Positions 1 to 9,351 of a stretch of DNA of 64,000 nucleotides are shown here, in pieces. The position numbers and the translations under genes were made by a program. Under the pieces are notes generated by a model. That model saw only the letters and a program-made list of their open reading frames with translations. It did not search any database and was not told the DNA's origin. The first letter of the stretch is position 1; every line of letters starts with the position of its first letter. Source of the stretch: Vulcanimicrobiales bacterium (GTDB lineage: Bacteria > Vulcanimicrobiota > Vulcanimicrobiia > Vulcanimicrobiales > Vulcanimicrobiaceae); NCBI GenBank assembly GCA_038231455.1, contig JBBRLI010000009.1, positions 1-64,000 of the forward strand. The letters run 5' to 3'.

Positions 1-689
1 CGGCGCTCAGGCTCTTTTTCGAGCAAATAGCGCGCGGAGGTTTTAACTCCGGAGAACGACATATCGAGCGTGCCCGCATCCGGACGGTGGCGCGGAAACG
101 CAATGGCTTTCGGATCGCCGTCGCGTGCGAGTGCGTCGAGCGCGGGTCCGCCGGGAAACGGCAGACCCAGCAGCCGCGCGGTTTTATCGAACGCCTCCCC
201 CGCTGCATCGTCGCGGGTGCGGCCGAGCACGCGCATGGCGCGCGGACCGTCGACAGCGACGATTTGCGAGTGTCCACCCGAGACGAGTAGTGCGAGAAAC
301 GGGTACGAAGGTTCGATGCCGGTATCGAGAAACGGCGCGAAGATATGACCGTGTAAATGGTTCACGGCATACAGTGGTTTATTCGTGGCAAAGGCGAGAG
401 CTTTTGCTGCCGCCACGCCCACGACGAGGCTCCCGATCAGCCCTGGCCCGGCCGTAACTGCAATGCCGTCCAGACGCGCCAGCGGCGTATCGGCGCGCTG
501 GAGCGCATCTTCGATCGCTGCGGAGAGCAAAGCGACATGCTGGCGGCTCGCGATCTCCGGCACGATGCCGCCGTATTTTGCGTGGAATTCGTCTTGGTTG
601 GTCGAGACGCTCGAAAGCACGCGCGCGCCGTCCTCGACAACGGCGGTCGCAGTATCATCACACGAGGTTTCGATTCCGAGGAGCAGCAC
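1..689 (-). CDS. tsaD: tRNA N6-adenosine threonylcarbamoyltransferase TsaD (partial, runs off window start)
   Basis: Not in the ORF track. Manual minus-strand translation from GTG at 689 gives VLLLGIETSCDDTATAVVEDG...GGIVPEIASRQH...AVTAGPGLIGSL...NHLHGH...LLVSGGHS...TRDDAAGEAFDK, the TsaD/Kae1 signature motifs. Confidence 0.95.
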   Translation of the reverse strand, partial: MLLLGIETSCDDTATAVVEDGARVLSSVSTNQDEFHAKYGGIVPEIASRQHVALLSAAIEDALQRADTPLARLDGIAVTAGPGLIGSLVVGVAAAKALAFATNKPLYAVNHLHGHIFAPFLDTGIEPSYPFLALLVSGGHSQIVAVDGPRAMRVLGRTRDDAAGEAFDKTARLLGLPFPGGPALDALARDGDPKAIAFPRHRPDAGTLDMSFSGVKTSARYLLEKEPER

Positions 690-742
690 GATGCCTGCAA
701 CCGCGGGAGCGCTCCCGAGCGTTGCGGCGTCCGTAGATTCTG

Positions 743-1540
743 ATGCCTGAAGGTCATACGATCCACCGCCTTGCCCGCGACCAGCGTCCGCTCTTCGTGG
801 GCAAAAAGCTGCGCGTCTCGACCATCATGGAACGCTTTGCTGAGAATGCGGCGCTGCTCGATGGCCGGCGCCTCGCATCGATCGACGCCCATGGCAAACA
901 TCTCTTCTACGATTTTGGCGATGAGCTGTTCTTGCACGTCCACTTGGGTCTGTACGGGCGCGTCCGTAGCGGTGAGGAGCCTGCACCCGAGCCGGTGGGT
1001 GCCCTGCGCGTGCGCATGGAGACCAAAGCGTCGTGGCTCGATCTGCGCGGACCCGCGGCGTGCGATATTATCGGAGACGAGGAACGCGATGCGATTCTGC
1101 GTCGACTCGGCCCCGATCCGCTGCGCGCGGATGCCGATCCCGACCGCGCCTATGCACGCATCGCCAAGAGTCGCGTTTCGCTGGCGCAACTCTTCATGGA
1201 TCAATCCGTGATCGCCGGAATCGGCAACATCTATCGCGCAGAGATTTTGTACCGCCACGCGATCGATCCGTTTGCCCCGGGAACATCGCTCGATCGCAGC
1301 GTGTTCGATGCCGCCTGGACGGATCTCGCGAAACTGATGCGCGCGGGCGTTCGCGCCGGGCGGATCGTCACCACCGACCCCGGCGATCGTTTGCGTTCGA
1401 GCGGCCGCGCCGCGCGGGCGGACTCGTTCTACGTTTATCATCGAACTGGAGAACCGTGCCGCCGCTGTGGCGCCATCGTCGAGAGTGCGCTCGTTGCAGG
1501 TCGCACGTTGTACTATTGCCCGCGCGAGCAGCGAAACTGA
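743..1540 (+). CDS. Fpg/Nei family DNA glycosylase/AP lyase (Nei-type)
   Basis: N-terminal MPEGH, HGKHL, LGPDPL, H2TH motif DQSVIAGIGNIYRAE, C-terminal zinc-finger-like CRRC...YYCP. Confidence 0.93.
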   Translation: MPEGHTIHRLARDQRPLFVGKKLRVSTIMERFAENAALLDGRRLASIDAHGKHLFYDFGDELFLHVHLGLYGRVRSGEEPAPEPVGALRVRMETKASWLDLRGPAACDIIGDEERDAILRRLGPDPLRADADPDRAYARIAKSRVSLAQLFMDQSVIAGIGNIYRAEILYRHAIDPFAPGTSLDRSVFDAAWTDLAKLMRAGVRAGRIVTTDPGDRLRSSGRAARADSFYVYHRTGEPCRRCGAIVESALVAGRTLYYCPREQRN

Positions 1541-1580
1541 GGCGAGAGGCGAATCGGCACCCGGCGCGGGAAGGGAACGC

Positions 1581-2222
1581 ATGATCGATTTGCGCTTTGC
1601 CGCGACGGCCTTCGCAACGGCCTTCACCATTATCGATCCGGTCGGCATGATTCCACTCGTCCTCGCGGTGACGGCCGATGCAACGCCGCGCGCACGCCGT
1701 GCCGTCGTCGACCGCGCGATCGTCATCTCGGCCGTCGTGATTTTGGTGATGGGGCTTGCGGGTCGCGCGCTGCTCGACTATCTGGGCATCACCCTTGCGG
1801 CCTTTACGATCGCGGGCGGCGTGCTGCTCTTTCTCATCTCGATCGACATGCTGTTTGCCCGCAAGACCGGCACGAAGCAAACCGATGAAGAAGAGCGCGA
1901 GGCCTCGCACGCGGAAAACCCGGCGGTCTTTCCGCTCGCCGTGCCGATGATCGCCGGTCCCGGCACGATCGCGACCGTGCTGCTGCTCGTCAACCTCACG
2001 CACCTCGATCCGACGCGCATCGCCATCGTCGTAGCGGCGTTCACCGTGGCGCTTCTCGTCACGTGGCTCTGCATGCGCGGCGCGACGCTCGTGCTACGTG
2101 TGATCGGCACGACCGGCGTCCACGTCGTGACGCGGCTGCTCGGAATCATCCTTGCCGCGCTTTCGATTCAGTTCATTCTCAACGGCTTGCTTGAGAGCGC
2201 GCTGTTCCATCACTCCGCATAG
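1581..2222 (+). CDS. MarC family membrane protein
   Basis: IIDPVG, IAGGVLL, AVFPLAVPMIAGPG and VTRLLGIILAAL motifs. Start trimmed to the ATG at 1581 behind GGGAA. Confidence 0.92.
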   Translation: MIDLRFAATAFATAFTIIDPVGMIPLVLAVTADATPRARRAVVDRAIVISAVVILVMGLAGRALLDYLGITLAAFTIAGGVLLFLISIDMLFARKTGTKQTDEEEREASHAENPAVFPLAVPMIAGPGTIATVLLLVNLTHLDPTRIAIVVAAFTVALLVTWLCMRGATLVLRVIGTTGVHVVTRLLGIILAALSIQFILNGLLESALFHHSA

Positions 2223-3395
2223 GTGAAGCTCCGTTCTATCGCCCTTGCCTTTTGCGGTGGAACCGCGTTTCTTGACATGTACGCAACGCAGCCGCTTCTC
2301 CCGGAATTCCGCACGCTCTTCCACGCAAGCGAAGCGGCCGTCGGCGCCACGATTTCCTCGTTAATCTTCGCCTGCGCGCTTGCCGCTCCGTTCATCGGTC
2401 CCCTCGCCGATCGCATCGGCCGCAAGCGAATCATCGTCACCTCCATCGTGATTCTCGCGCTCATTACCTTTGGAGCCGCGACGGCGACGACGTTGTCGGC
2501 GCTTGTCGCATGGCGCTTCGCGCAGGGCCTAATGATGCCGGGCGTGTTTGCGGTGACGCTTGCGTATATCGCTGAAGAATTTCCCGTCGAGGTCGCGGGC
2601 CAAGCCGTGGGTGCGTATATCGGCGGCAACGTCTTCGGCGGCTTTCTCGGACGGTATCTCACCGCGGTGATCACACCGCTAGCGAATTGGCAGACCGCCT
2701 TTGTTGCGCTTGGCATGCTCAATCTCATCGGGGCGCTTGTCGTGTTCGTTGCGCTCCCGCGTGCAACGAATTTTCATCCATCGGCTTCACTGCGCGAATC
2801 GCTTGCAGCGATCGGCGGCTTCGTGCGTCGGCCAGAAATGGTGGCGACATATGTTGTCGGTGGTACGATCCTCTTCACGTTAACCGCGACATTCACGTAC
2901 GCGACATTCTATCTCGCTGCAGCACCGTTCGGACTTTCGACCGTGGCGCTCGGCAACGTATTTTTCGTCTATCTTGCCGGCGCGATCGCAGCGCCGATCT
3001 CCGGTCGCTTGATCGACCGCTACGGAAATCGCTCGACGCTGACGCTGGCGATGGTCGCAAGTGCCGGTGGCATCGTTCTCTCGCTCGTCCCCGTGCTTTG
3101 GATCGTCGTGCTCGGCCTAGCACTGACATCGACCGGCGTCTTCGTCGCGCAGGCCGCCTCGCAAGGTTACGTGGGGCGCATCGCGGGCGCGCAACGCTCG
3201 ACGGCAGCCTCACTCTACATCATGCTCTACTACGCGGGCGGCGGACTCGGCGCGATCGTTCCAGCCCTGATGTGGGCACGCGGCGGCTGGCCCGCGACGG
3301 TTGCCCTCATCCTTGTGGTGCAAGCCGTCGCGGTCATCTTGACGCGCGTGTTTTGGTCGGGGCGCGTCGCAAGCGATTCGCCCGCGATCACGTAG
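2223..3395 (+). CDS. MFS transporter (YnfM-like)
   Basis: About 12 hydrophobic segments; MYATQPLLP and motif A GPLADRIGRKR. Confidence 0.88.
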   Translation: MKLRSIALAFCGGTAFLDMYATQPLLPEFRTLFHASEAAVGATISSLIFACALAAPFIGPLADRIGRKRIIVTSIVILALITFGAATATTLSALVAWRFAQGLMMPGVFAVTLAYIAEEFPVEVAGQAVGAYIGGNVFGGFLGRYLTAVITPLANWQTAFVALGMLNLIGALVVFVALPRATNFHPSASLRESLAAIGGFVRRPEMVATYVVGGTILFTLTATFTYATFYLAAAPFGLSTVALGNVFFVYLAGAIAAPISGRLIDRYGNRSTLTLAMVASAGGIVLSLVPVLWIVVLGLALTSTGVFVAQAASQGYVGRIAGAQRSTAASLYIMLYYAGGGLGAIVPALMWARGGWPATVALILVVQAVAVILTRVFWSGRVASDSPAIT

Positions 3396-3428
3396 CTACA
3401 AAATCGTGCAGGGTGAGGCGGCGGCGGG

Positions 3429-4430
3429 CTATGGGGGCGGAAAAGCGCTGAGTGCGCCGAGGGCGCGCTCGCCAACGTACTCGATGATCCCCGCGGCCTT
3501 GGCGCGCCGATAGGCATCGGACGCATTGGCAGCCGTCGTGGCATAATCGATCGAGAAGACGGGCTTTCCGCTCGCCTCGAGTACGGAGAACTCGCTCAAA
3601 AGTTTCGCCGTCACTCCCGGCGTTTGCACGAGGTCACCGGCCTGCGTTGCGGAGTTGGCGTAAAAGAGATCTTCCTGGAGCACCGCGTCGACGGCATGTA
3701 TGTAGCGCGAGTCGGCGATCAGTTCCGGTGCGTTCTGCGCGATGATGACGAAGCCGGGCTTTTTGGCTTTCGCATAGGTCGAAATGGACGCGACGAACGT
3801 TGCCATCGTTGACGGCGCATTTTGGTCGACTGCTTGCACGGGCGCGAAATTGTAGCCGCTAACCCAGTCCAGATACACGCCGTCAAAACCGTCGGCGATC
3901 GCGCGGTCGATCAGACTCGTGGGTGATCCGAAGACGATCGCTTGCCAAGCGGGGCTCCCGAAATTCACCGGATAGTCGCCGGCAAAACCATTGGGGTCGG
4001 TGCCGCTGAGGATGAACGACGGTGAACCCGGCTGCCACCCAGGCTGCCAGTAGGCACGAAACGATTCCGCCTCACCGATGTCCACGTAGCCGTAGACGAC
4101 TTTACGTGCGAACGTCGTGCCGGCGCTTGCATGAAGGCGTGCCACAATCGCATTCTGCATCGCAGCGTACGGACTCGACGACGTGCCGATCTCATCGGTC
4201 AAGATGGCGTCGTAGGGCGATGCCGCGAGCGCATCGATTCGGGCGCTATCGAGCGTGCCGTTCTCGCCGACGTTTTGCAGAACGGCCGCGAACGTGCGCG
4301 GCACGACGAACGACGGTGCAAGCGGAGTCGGCGTCACCTGTGGCGCCGTGGATCCGCCGGTATGGCTGCCGTTGCACATCGAGAGCGCCAGTGCGCCGAG
4401 AACAGCGACCGCGAGGCGCACTATCTGCAT
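3429..4430 (-). CDS. GH114-like endo-alpha-1,4-polygalactosaminidase family lipoprotein
   Basis: Lipoprotein-like signal (LALSMC); YVDIGEAESFRAYW, GFDGVYLD, IIAQNA, QEDLFY and SIDY motifs. Confidence 0.75.
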   Translation of the reverse strand: MQIVRLAVAVLGALALSMCNGSHTGGSTAPQVTPTPLAPSFVVPRTFAAVLQNVGENGTLDSARIDALAASPYDAILTDEIGTSSSPYAAMQNAIVARLHASAGTTFARKVVYGYVDIGEAESFRAYWQPGWQPGSPSFILSGTDPNGFAGDYPVNFGSPAWQAIVFGSPTSLIDRAIADGFDGVYLDWVSGYNFAPVQAVDQNAPSTMATFVASISTYAKAKKPGFVIIAQNAPELIADSRYIHAVDAVLQEDLFYANSATQAGDLVQTPGVTAKLLSEFSVLEASGKPVFSIDYATTAANASDAYRRAKAAGIIEYVGERALGALSAFPPP

Positions 4431-4533
4431 GCCGTTGGCTTCGCCTTCACACCGACCGATGCACCAGCGGCCGGCGTAAGGTTTCGGTCAAGCTTTGCTG
4501 CGCGTGCCTCGCGAAGCTCGCCCGCATTCGTAC

Positions 4534-6243
4534 CTAGGTGCGCGCTTCGATCGCCGCACGCAACTCGTTCGCAAACGCTGCGACCGTAATCGGTTCGCGT
4601 TTCGCCTCGACGCCACGCTGGTTGACGCTGACGAGTCCGTCGGCCGCCTCGGTCTTGCCGACGACGAGGATGTACGGGAGCTTCTGCGTTTTCCAGTGGC
4701 GAATTTTGTAGCCAAGTTTTTCGTTCGAGGGATCGACGTCGATGCGGAAGCCTTGCTTGCGGAGGTCGTCGCGGACGCTGTATGCGTAGTCGAGCTGGTG
4801 TTCGGAGATCGGCGCGATGACGGCTTGCGTGGGTGCGAGCCACGCGGGGAAGTTCCCGCCGAAATGCTCGATGAGCACGCCGAAGAACCGTTCCATCGAA
4901 CCGGCAAGAGCGCGGTGGATCATCACCGGGCGATGGTCGGCGCCGTCGCTTGCGCGGTATTTTAAATCGAAGCGCTCGGGTAAGATGAAGTCGACTTGCA
5001 CGGTGCCCAGTTGCCACTTGCGGCCAATCGCATCGTGCAGATTGATGTCGAGTTTGGGACCGTAGAATGCGCCGCCGCCCGCGTCGATCTTATACGGAAT
5101 ATTGCGCGATTCGAGCGCCTGACGGATCGCTGCTTCTGCGATGTCGTCCGTTGGGCCGCGTTGCTCGCGCGTCGAGAGAAAATACTCGAAGTCATCGAAT
5201 TGAAACGCCTTCATCAGGCGTAGCGCCTCATCGAGCGTCGATTCGAACTCGCCTTGCAATTGTTCGGGCGTGCAGAAGAGATGGGCGTCGTCTTGCGTGA
5301 AGCCGCGCACGCGCGTGAGTCCGTGTAGCGTGCCGCTCCGCTCGAACCGGTACACCGTGCCGAACTCCGAATAGCGGAGTGGAAGATCGCGATACGAGTG
5401 ACCTTCGCTACGATAGATGAGGATGTGCCCGGGACAATTCATGGGTTTCAGGCGGAAACGCTGACCCTCGACTTCGATTGGTCCGAACATGCCGTGCGAG
5501 AAATTCTCGAGATGCCCCGAGGTTTCGTAGAGCTTCTCGTGCACGATGTGCGGCGTGATGACCGGGAGATAACCGCGTTCGCGCAGACCCTCGCGAATGA
5601 AGTCTTCGACGATGCTACGCACGAGGGCACCTTTGGGATGCCAGAAGACGAGGCCGCCGCCAGCATCTTCCTCGACCGAGTAGAGCCCGAGTTCGGTACC
5701 GAGCTTGCGATGATCGCGTTTGGCCGCTTCCTCGAGAAACGCAAGATACGCATCGAGTTCTTGCTGCGTCGGAAAAGCGGTGCCGTAGATGCGCTGCAAC
5801 ATCGGCTTATGCTCATCGCCGCGCCAATACGCTCCCGCGACGCTCATAAGTTTGAGCGCCTTGATCTCGCCCGTCGTGTGGGCGTGACCGCCGCGGCAGA
5901 GATCGGTGAATTTGCCGATCGTATAGAGCGAGATCGGCTCGCCATCGGGAATCTCGCGCGCGATCTCCGCTTTGAATTCGTTGTCTTTGAAGCGCTCGAG
6001 CGCGACTTCGCGCGTCACCTGCTCGCCCGTCATCTCGTAGTTCGCCGCAACGATCTCGCGCATGCGCTTCTCGAGCTTTTCGAGATCCTCGGGCGTAAAC
6101 GGCGTTTCGCGGCCGAAGTCGTAGTAGAAGCCCGTCTCGATTGCCGGACCAATGGTGGGCTTGGCCTCGGGGAAGAGGTCCTGGACGGCATACGCGAGGA
6201 CGTGGGCGGCCGTGTGCCGCAGGGCTTCAATCGTGGTGGACAT
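4534..6243 (-). CDS. thrS: Threonine--tRNA ligase
   Basis: RHTAAH, DLCRGGH, RDHRKLG, KPMNCPGH, RVRGFTQDDAH, FYGPKLD, MIHRA. Start placed at ATG 6243 because the longer ORF-track start runs through a tRNA. Confidence 0.97.
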   Translation of the reverse strand: MSTTIEALRHTAAHVLAYAVQDLFPEAKPTIGPAIETGFYYDFGRETPFTPEDLEKLEKRMREIVAANYEMTGEQVTREVALERFKDNEFKAEIAREIPDGEPISLYTIGKFTDLCRGGHAHTTGEIKALKLMSVAGAYWRGDEHKPMLQRIYGTAFPTQQELDAYLAFLEEAAKRDHRKLGTELGLYSVEEDAGGGLVFWHPKGALVRSIVEDFIREGLRERGYLPVITPHIVHEKLYETSGHLENFSHGMFGPIEVEGQRFRLKPMNCPGHILIYRSEGHSYRDLPLRYSEFGTVYRFERSGTLHGLTRVRGFTQDDAHLFCTPEQLQGEFESTLDEALRLMKAFQFDDFEYFLSTREQRGPTDDIAEAAIRQALESRNIPYKIDAGGGAFYGPKLDINLHDAIGRKWQLGTVQVDFILPERFDLKYRASDGADHRPVMIHRALAGSMERFFGVLIEHFGGNFPAWLAPTQAVIAPISEHQLDYAYSVRDDLRKQGFRIDVDPSNEKLGYKIRHWKTQKLPYILVVGKTEAADGLVSVNQRGVEAKREPITVAAFANELRAAIEART

Positions 6244-6302
6244 ATCGGAAATCACTCGGCCCATTTTAGCGTTTGACGGATGCAATGCCTCGGCAGGAAT
6301 GC

Positions 6303-6332
6303 AAACGGCCCGCGATTGCTCGCGAGCCGGTT
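6303..6332 (-). terminator. Hairpin downstream of tRNA-Val(GAC)
   Basis: Minus strand: CGGCTCGCGA-GCAA-TCGCGGGCCG followed by a short TTT. Confidence 0.45.
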
Positions 6333-6338
6333 GGAACA

Positions 6339-6413
6339 TGGTGGGCACGATAGGTTTCGAACCTATGACCTCTACAGTGTCAATGTAGCGCTCTCCCCCT
6401 GAGCTACGCGCCC
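6339..6413 (-). tRNA. tRNA-Val(GAC)
   Basis: Reverse complement GGGCGCGTAGCTCAG...CTACA-TTGACAC-TGTAG...GGTTCGAAACC...CGTGCCCACCA; complete cloverleaf with encoded CCA. Confidence 0.96.
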
Positions 6414-6557
6414 ATGCGTACGTGGGGACGCCAGATAGTACCACACTTTGGCGGGCTTCACCTAGCGGAAGGGCCCACGGACCCGGCGAGGCGCCGGACA
6501 CTCGGGGTTTCGCGCTTTCGCACCGGACCCGTATCGGTCGACCGGGAATGGCTCCGC

Positions 6558-7232
6558 ATGGACGACACGTTGAATCCGCGCCGGACGATCGCCGTCACAA
6601 ACGAGCTGAGCACGCTCGAACGGGTGCGGCTCCTCGTCGAGATTCTTGCGATCGTCTTGACAGGCGCCTGGGCGATCTACACGTTCGTCTATGTCGAGCG
6701 CATCAAACCGCAGTCGGAGCCGGCGGAAACGCAGTTCTCATCAACGTTCGAGCGCGGCAAACCACATGGTCGGATCGATAATGCGACGATCACGGTAACC
6801 GCGCACAATAGCGGCCGGGCAGACGTCGATATTTATGCCGATGCAATTTCGATCTACGGCGACCGGCTCGGTCCAAAGTCAAGCGCCGAGATCGAGAACA
6901 CCGCGACGCAGATGGCCGAAACACACCTGCTTCCCGTCATACGGCATGATTTGTTGTACTCACTTGGACGCCTACGTGAGGGCATCACCGGCGGGCGAGC
7001 GGGATACCACATCATCCTGCACCCGGGCGAACGATTCGATTTTCGTACGGCGGTGCCGTTCTCGCGCGGGCGGTACGACCAATTGCATTTGGATGCGGCA
7101 TTTGTGTACGGACGCTATCCGGTCGCAGAAAAGGCGATCGCGACGCTCGTCAAACAGAAAGACGGCTCCGTTAATCTCAATACCGGCAAGCGCGTGCTGC
7201 GCAACGGTCTCGCCGATGATTTTCTCCTTTGA
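6558..7232 (+). CDS. Hypothetical membrane-anchored protein
   Basis: One N-terminal TM segment (LLVEILAIVLTGAWAIYTFVY) followed by a beta-rich domain; closely abuts the next gene. Confidence 0.7.
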   Translation: MDDTLNPRRTIAVTNELSTLERVRLLVEILAIVLTGAWAIYTFVYVERIKPQSEPAETQFSSTFERGKPHGRIDNATITVTAHNSGRADVDIYADAISIYGDRLGPKSSAEIENTATQMAETHLLPVIRHDLLYSLGRLREGITGGRAGYHIILHPGERFDFRTAVPFSRGRYDQLHLDAAFVYGRYPVAEKAIATLVKQKDGSVNLNTGKRVLRNGLADDFLL

Positions 7233-7243
7233 AGAATGAGCGC

Positions 7244-8221
7244 ATGAATTCCACGCGATTGCTGTTAGGCGCATGGTGTGCCGGTCTCTCTCTCGCCTTA
7301 GCCGTCGTGTGCGCGCCGGCTGTCGCCGCGGATCCTGTCAAACTCGACCGCGCGTTTGTCATTATTATGGAGAACGCCGATTTCGCGGATATCGTCGGTC
7401 CCGCGACGGCGGCACCCGGCAGCACGAAACTTGCGAAGCAGTACGGCATCGATACCGAGTATTACGGCACAACGCATCCGAGCTTGCCGAACTATCTTTC
7501 GATGATCGGCGGCGACACGTTCGGTGTCACGAACGATGCGGCGAGCTGCTATGCTCCAGGCGCCGGAAGCGGTTGTCATCAAGTCGATGCACCCAACATT
7601 GTCGATCAACTCGAAGGTGCGGGCGTTTCTTGGACGGTGCTGGAGCAGGGTATGCCGCAAGCCGGTTATCTCGGCACGCGATTTCCGACCGAGGGAATCG
7701 ACGCGGGCGCGTACGCCCAAAAACACAATCCGTTTCTGTATTTTACATCGATCGCGACGAATCCGATGCGGCTTGCAAAGATCGCGCCGATGCCTGCAAG
7801 CGCGGGGCTCAAGTCGATGCTCTCCGATCCGCTACTCGCGCCGCGCATGATTTGGCTTGTGCCCGACCAGTGTCACGATATGCATGGGACGCGCGCGTGC
7901 CCGGATGTGCGTGCGTATCGGCACGCCGGTGACGACACGGCGGTCGAACTCGTGCAGACCATCATGGCCTCGCCGAGCTTCACGAAAAACAGTGCGATTT
8001 TTCTTGTCTGGGACGAAGGCGATACCGCCGTCGGATGCTGTGGCGGAGCGGGCGGCGGACGCACGCCGATGATCGTGATCACGCCGCGCGTCAAGGGCCC
8101 CCGCACGAGCACGCTGCACGCCGATCACTATTCGCTGCTTGCAACGCTTGAAGATGCGTTCGGCCTTCCTCGGCTCGGGCACGCCGTCGATCGGAAGCCA
8201 CTCGCAGATTTACTCAAGTAA
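7244..8221 (+). CDS. Secreted phosphoesterase (acid phosphatase/phospholipase C family)
   Basis: Signal peptide; IIMEN, THPSLPNY, KHNPF, HDMH, VWDE and HYSLL motifs. Confidence 0.88.
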   Translation: MNSTRLLLGAWCAGLSLALAVVCAPAVAADPVKLDRAFVIIMENADFADIVGPATAAPGSTKLAKQYGIDTEYYGTTHPSLPNYLSMIGGDTFGVTNDAASCYAPGAGSGCHQVDAPNIVDQLEGAGVSWTVLEQGMPQAGYLGTRFPTEGIDAGAYAQKHNPFLYFTSIATNPMRLAKIAPMPASAGLKSMLSDPLLAPRMIWLVPDQCHDMHGTRACPDVRAYRHAGDDTAVELVQTIMASPSFTKNSAIFLVWDEGDTAVGCCGGAGGGRTPMIVITPRVKGPRTSTLHADHYSLLATLEDAFGLPRLGHAVDRKPLADLLK

Positions 8222-8222
8222 G

Positions 8223-9350
8223 GTGGCGTTCGATGCGATCGTCGTCGGGGCCGGCCCTGCTGGGGCAGCGGCGGCGATCGTTTCGGCGCGCGCGGGTTTG
8301 CGCGTCGCATTGGTCGACAAATCGCATTTTCCACGTGATAAAGCGTGCGGAGATTTGCTGGGCACGTGGGCTCTGGGCGCGCTCAAAGAGATCGGCATCG
8401 AAAGCGACCGCTTTGCCGCCTACCCGGCTCTCCGCGGCGCTCGACTGTATACGCCAACGAATGCGAGCGCCGGAGCGAGCGTCGATCCGCTCGTTCACGA
8501 AGCGCGCGTCGTACCGCGCATGGACTTCGATGCGGAACTCGTGCGTCAAGCACAAGCTGCCGGGGCGGAACTCATTCAGACGCGCGTGACGGCATTACTC
8601 CGCGAGCGTAGCCGCGTCATTGGCGTGTCGACGGATGCGGCAGAGATCCACGCTCCAATTGTCATCGGTGCGGACGGATGGGGATCGCTCGTCGCGCGCG
8701 CTTGCGGCATTCCACGTGCCGCGCCGCGCGATGCCGGAATCGCCGTGCGCGCGTACGTCGAACATGTTGACGAGTTGAACGGCGAAATGCACTTCTTTGT
8801 GTTGCCGCCGGGCGACGGCTACGCGTGGATTTTTCCGCTTGCCAATGGTGCGGCGAACGTTGGACTCGGGTTCGTACGCGACGAACCGGGCTCAGGCCAA
8901 CTTCACGCCGCCTTCGAGCGCTTTCTTTCGGCTCCCACCTCGCCCGCGCGACGGTTTTTTACGCGTGCCACGGTCGGCGAACGCCGCGCATGGCCGCTGG
9001 CATTTGGTTGGCGCGGTACGCCCCTCGTTGCAGACGGCGTCTTGCTCGCTGGCGACGCAGGATCGCTCGTCAGCCCGCTCTCCGGCTCCGGCATCCATCA
9101 TGCGTTGCACAGCGGGGCAAGCGCTGCACGGGCCGCGGTCGATGCGCTCGCACGCGATGACGTCCGCGCTCGGTCGCTTCGCGCACACGAACGACGTATG
9201 CGTTTCACCGTCGGCGTACGTCTGCGGGTCGAAGCGTGGGCCCACCGGACAATCGGAAATCCGCGCAGAATCGATGCGTTCGCCGCCGCTCTAGCGAACG
9301 TGCCCGGTTCGAATCGCGTGCTCGCTCCACTCTTGCTCAACTTGGGATAA
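8223..9350 (+). CDS. Geranylgeranyl reductase-family FAD-dependent oxidoreductase
   Basis: GTG start; DAIVVGAGPAG, FPRDKACGD, GADG, GYAWIFP, LAGDAGSLVSPLSGSGI. Confidence 0.88.
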   Translation: MAFDAIVVGAGPAGAAAAIVSARAGLRVALVDKSHFPRDKACGDLLGTWALGALKEIGIESDRFAAYPALRGARLYTPTNASAGASVDPLVHEARVVPRMDFDAELVRQAQAAGAELIQTRVTALLRERSRVIGVSTDAAEIHAPIVIGADGWGSLVARACGIPRAAPRDAGIAVRAYVEHVDELNGEMHFFVLPPGDGYAWIFPLANGAANVGLGFVRDEPGSGQLHAAFERFLSAPTSPARRFFTRATVGERRAWPLAFGWRGTPLVADGVLLAGDAGSLVSPLSGSGIHHALHSGASAARAAVDALARDDVRARSLRAHERRMRFTVGVRLRVEAWAHRTIGNPRRIDAFAAALANVPGSNRVLAPLLLNLG

Positions 9351-9351
9351 G

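Noticed and set aside
437-1726. 429-aa minus-strand ORF and many similar long overlapping ORFs (for example 5398-6276, 22012-23250, 47930-48928, 60557-61822)
   Set aside because: Antisense or off-frame shadows of well-supported genes, expected in high-GC DNA; no recognisable motifs.
6244-6501. N-terminal extension of thrS in the ORF track
   Set aside because: Runs through tRNA-Val(GAC); homology begins at the ATG at 6243.
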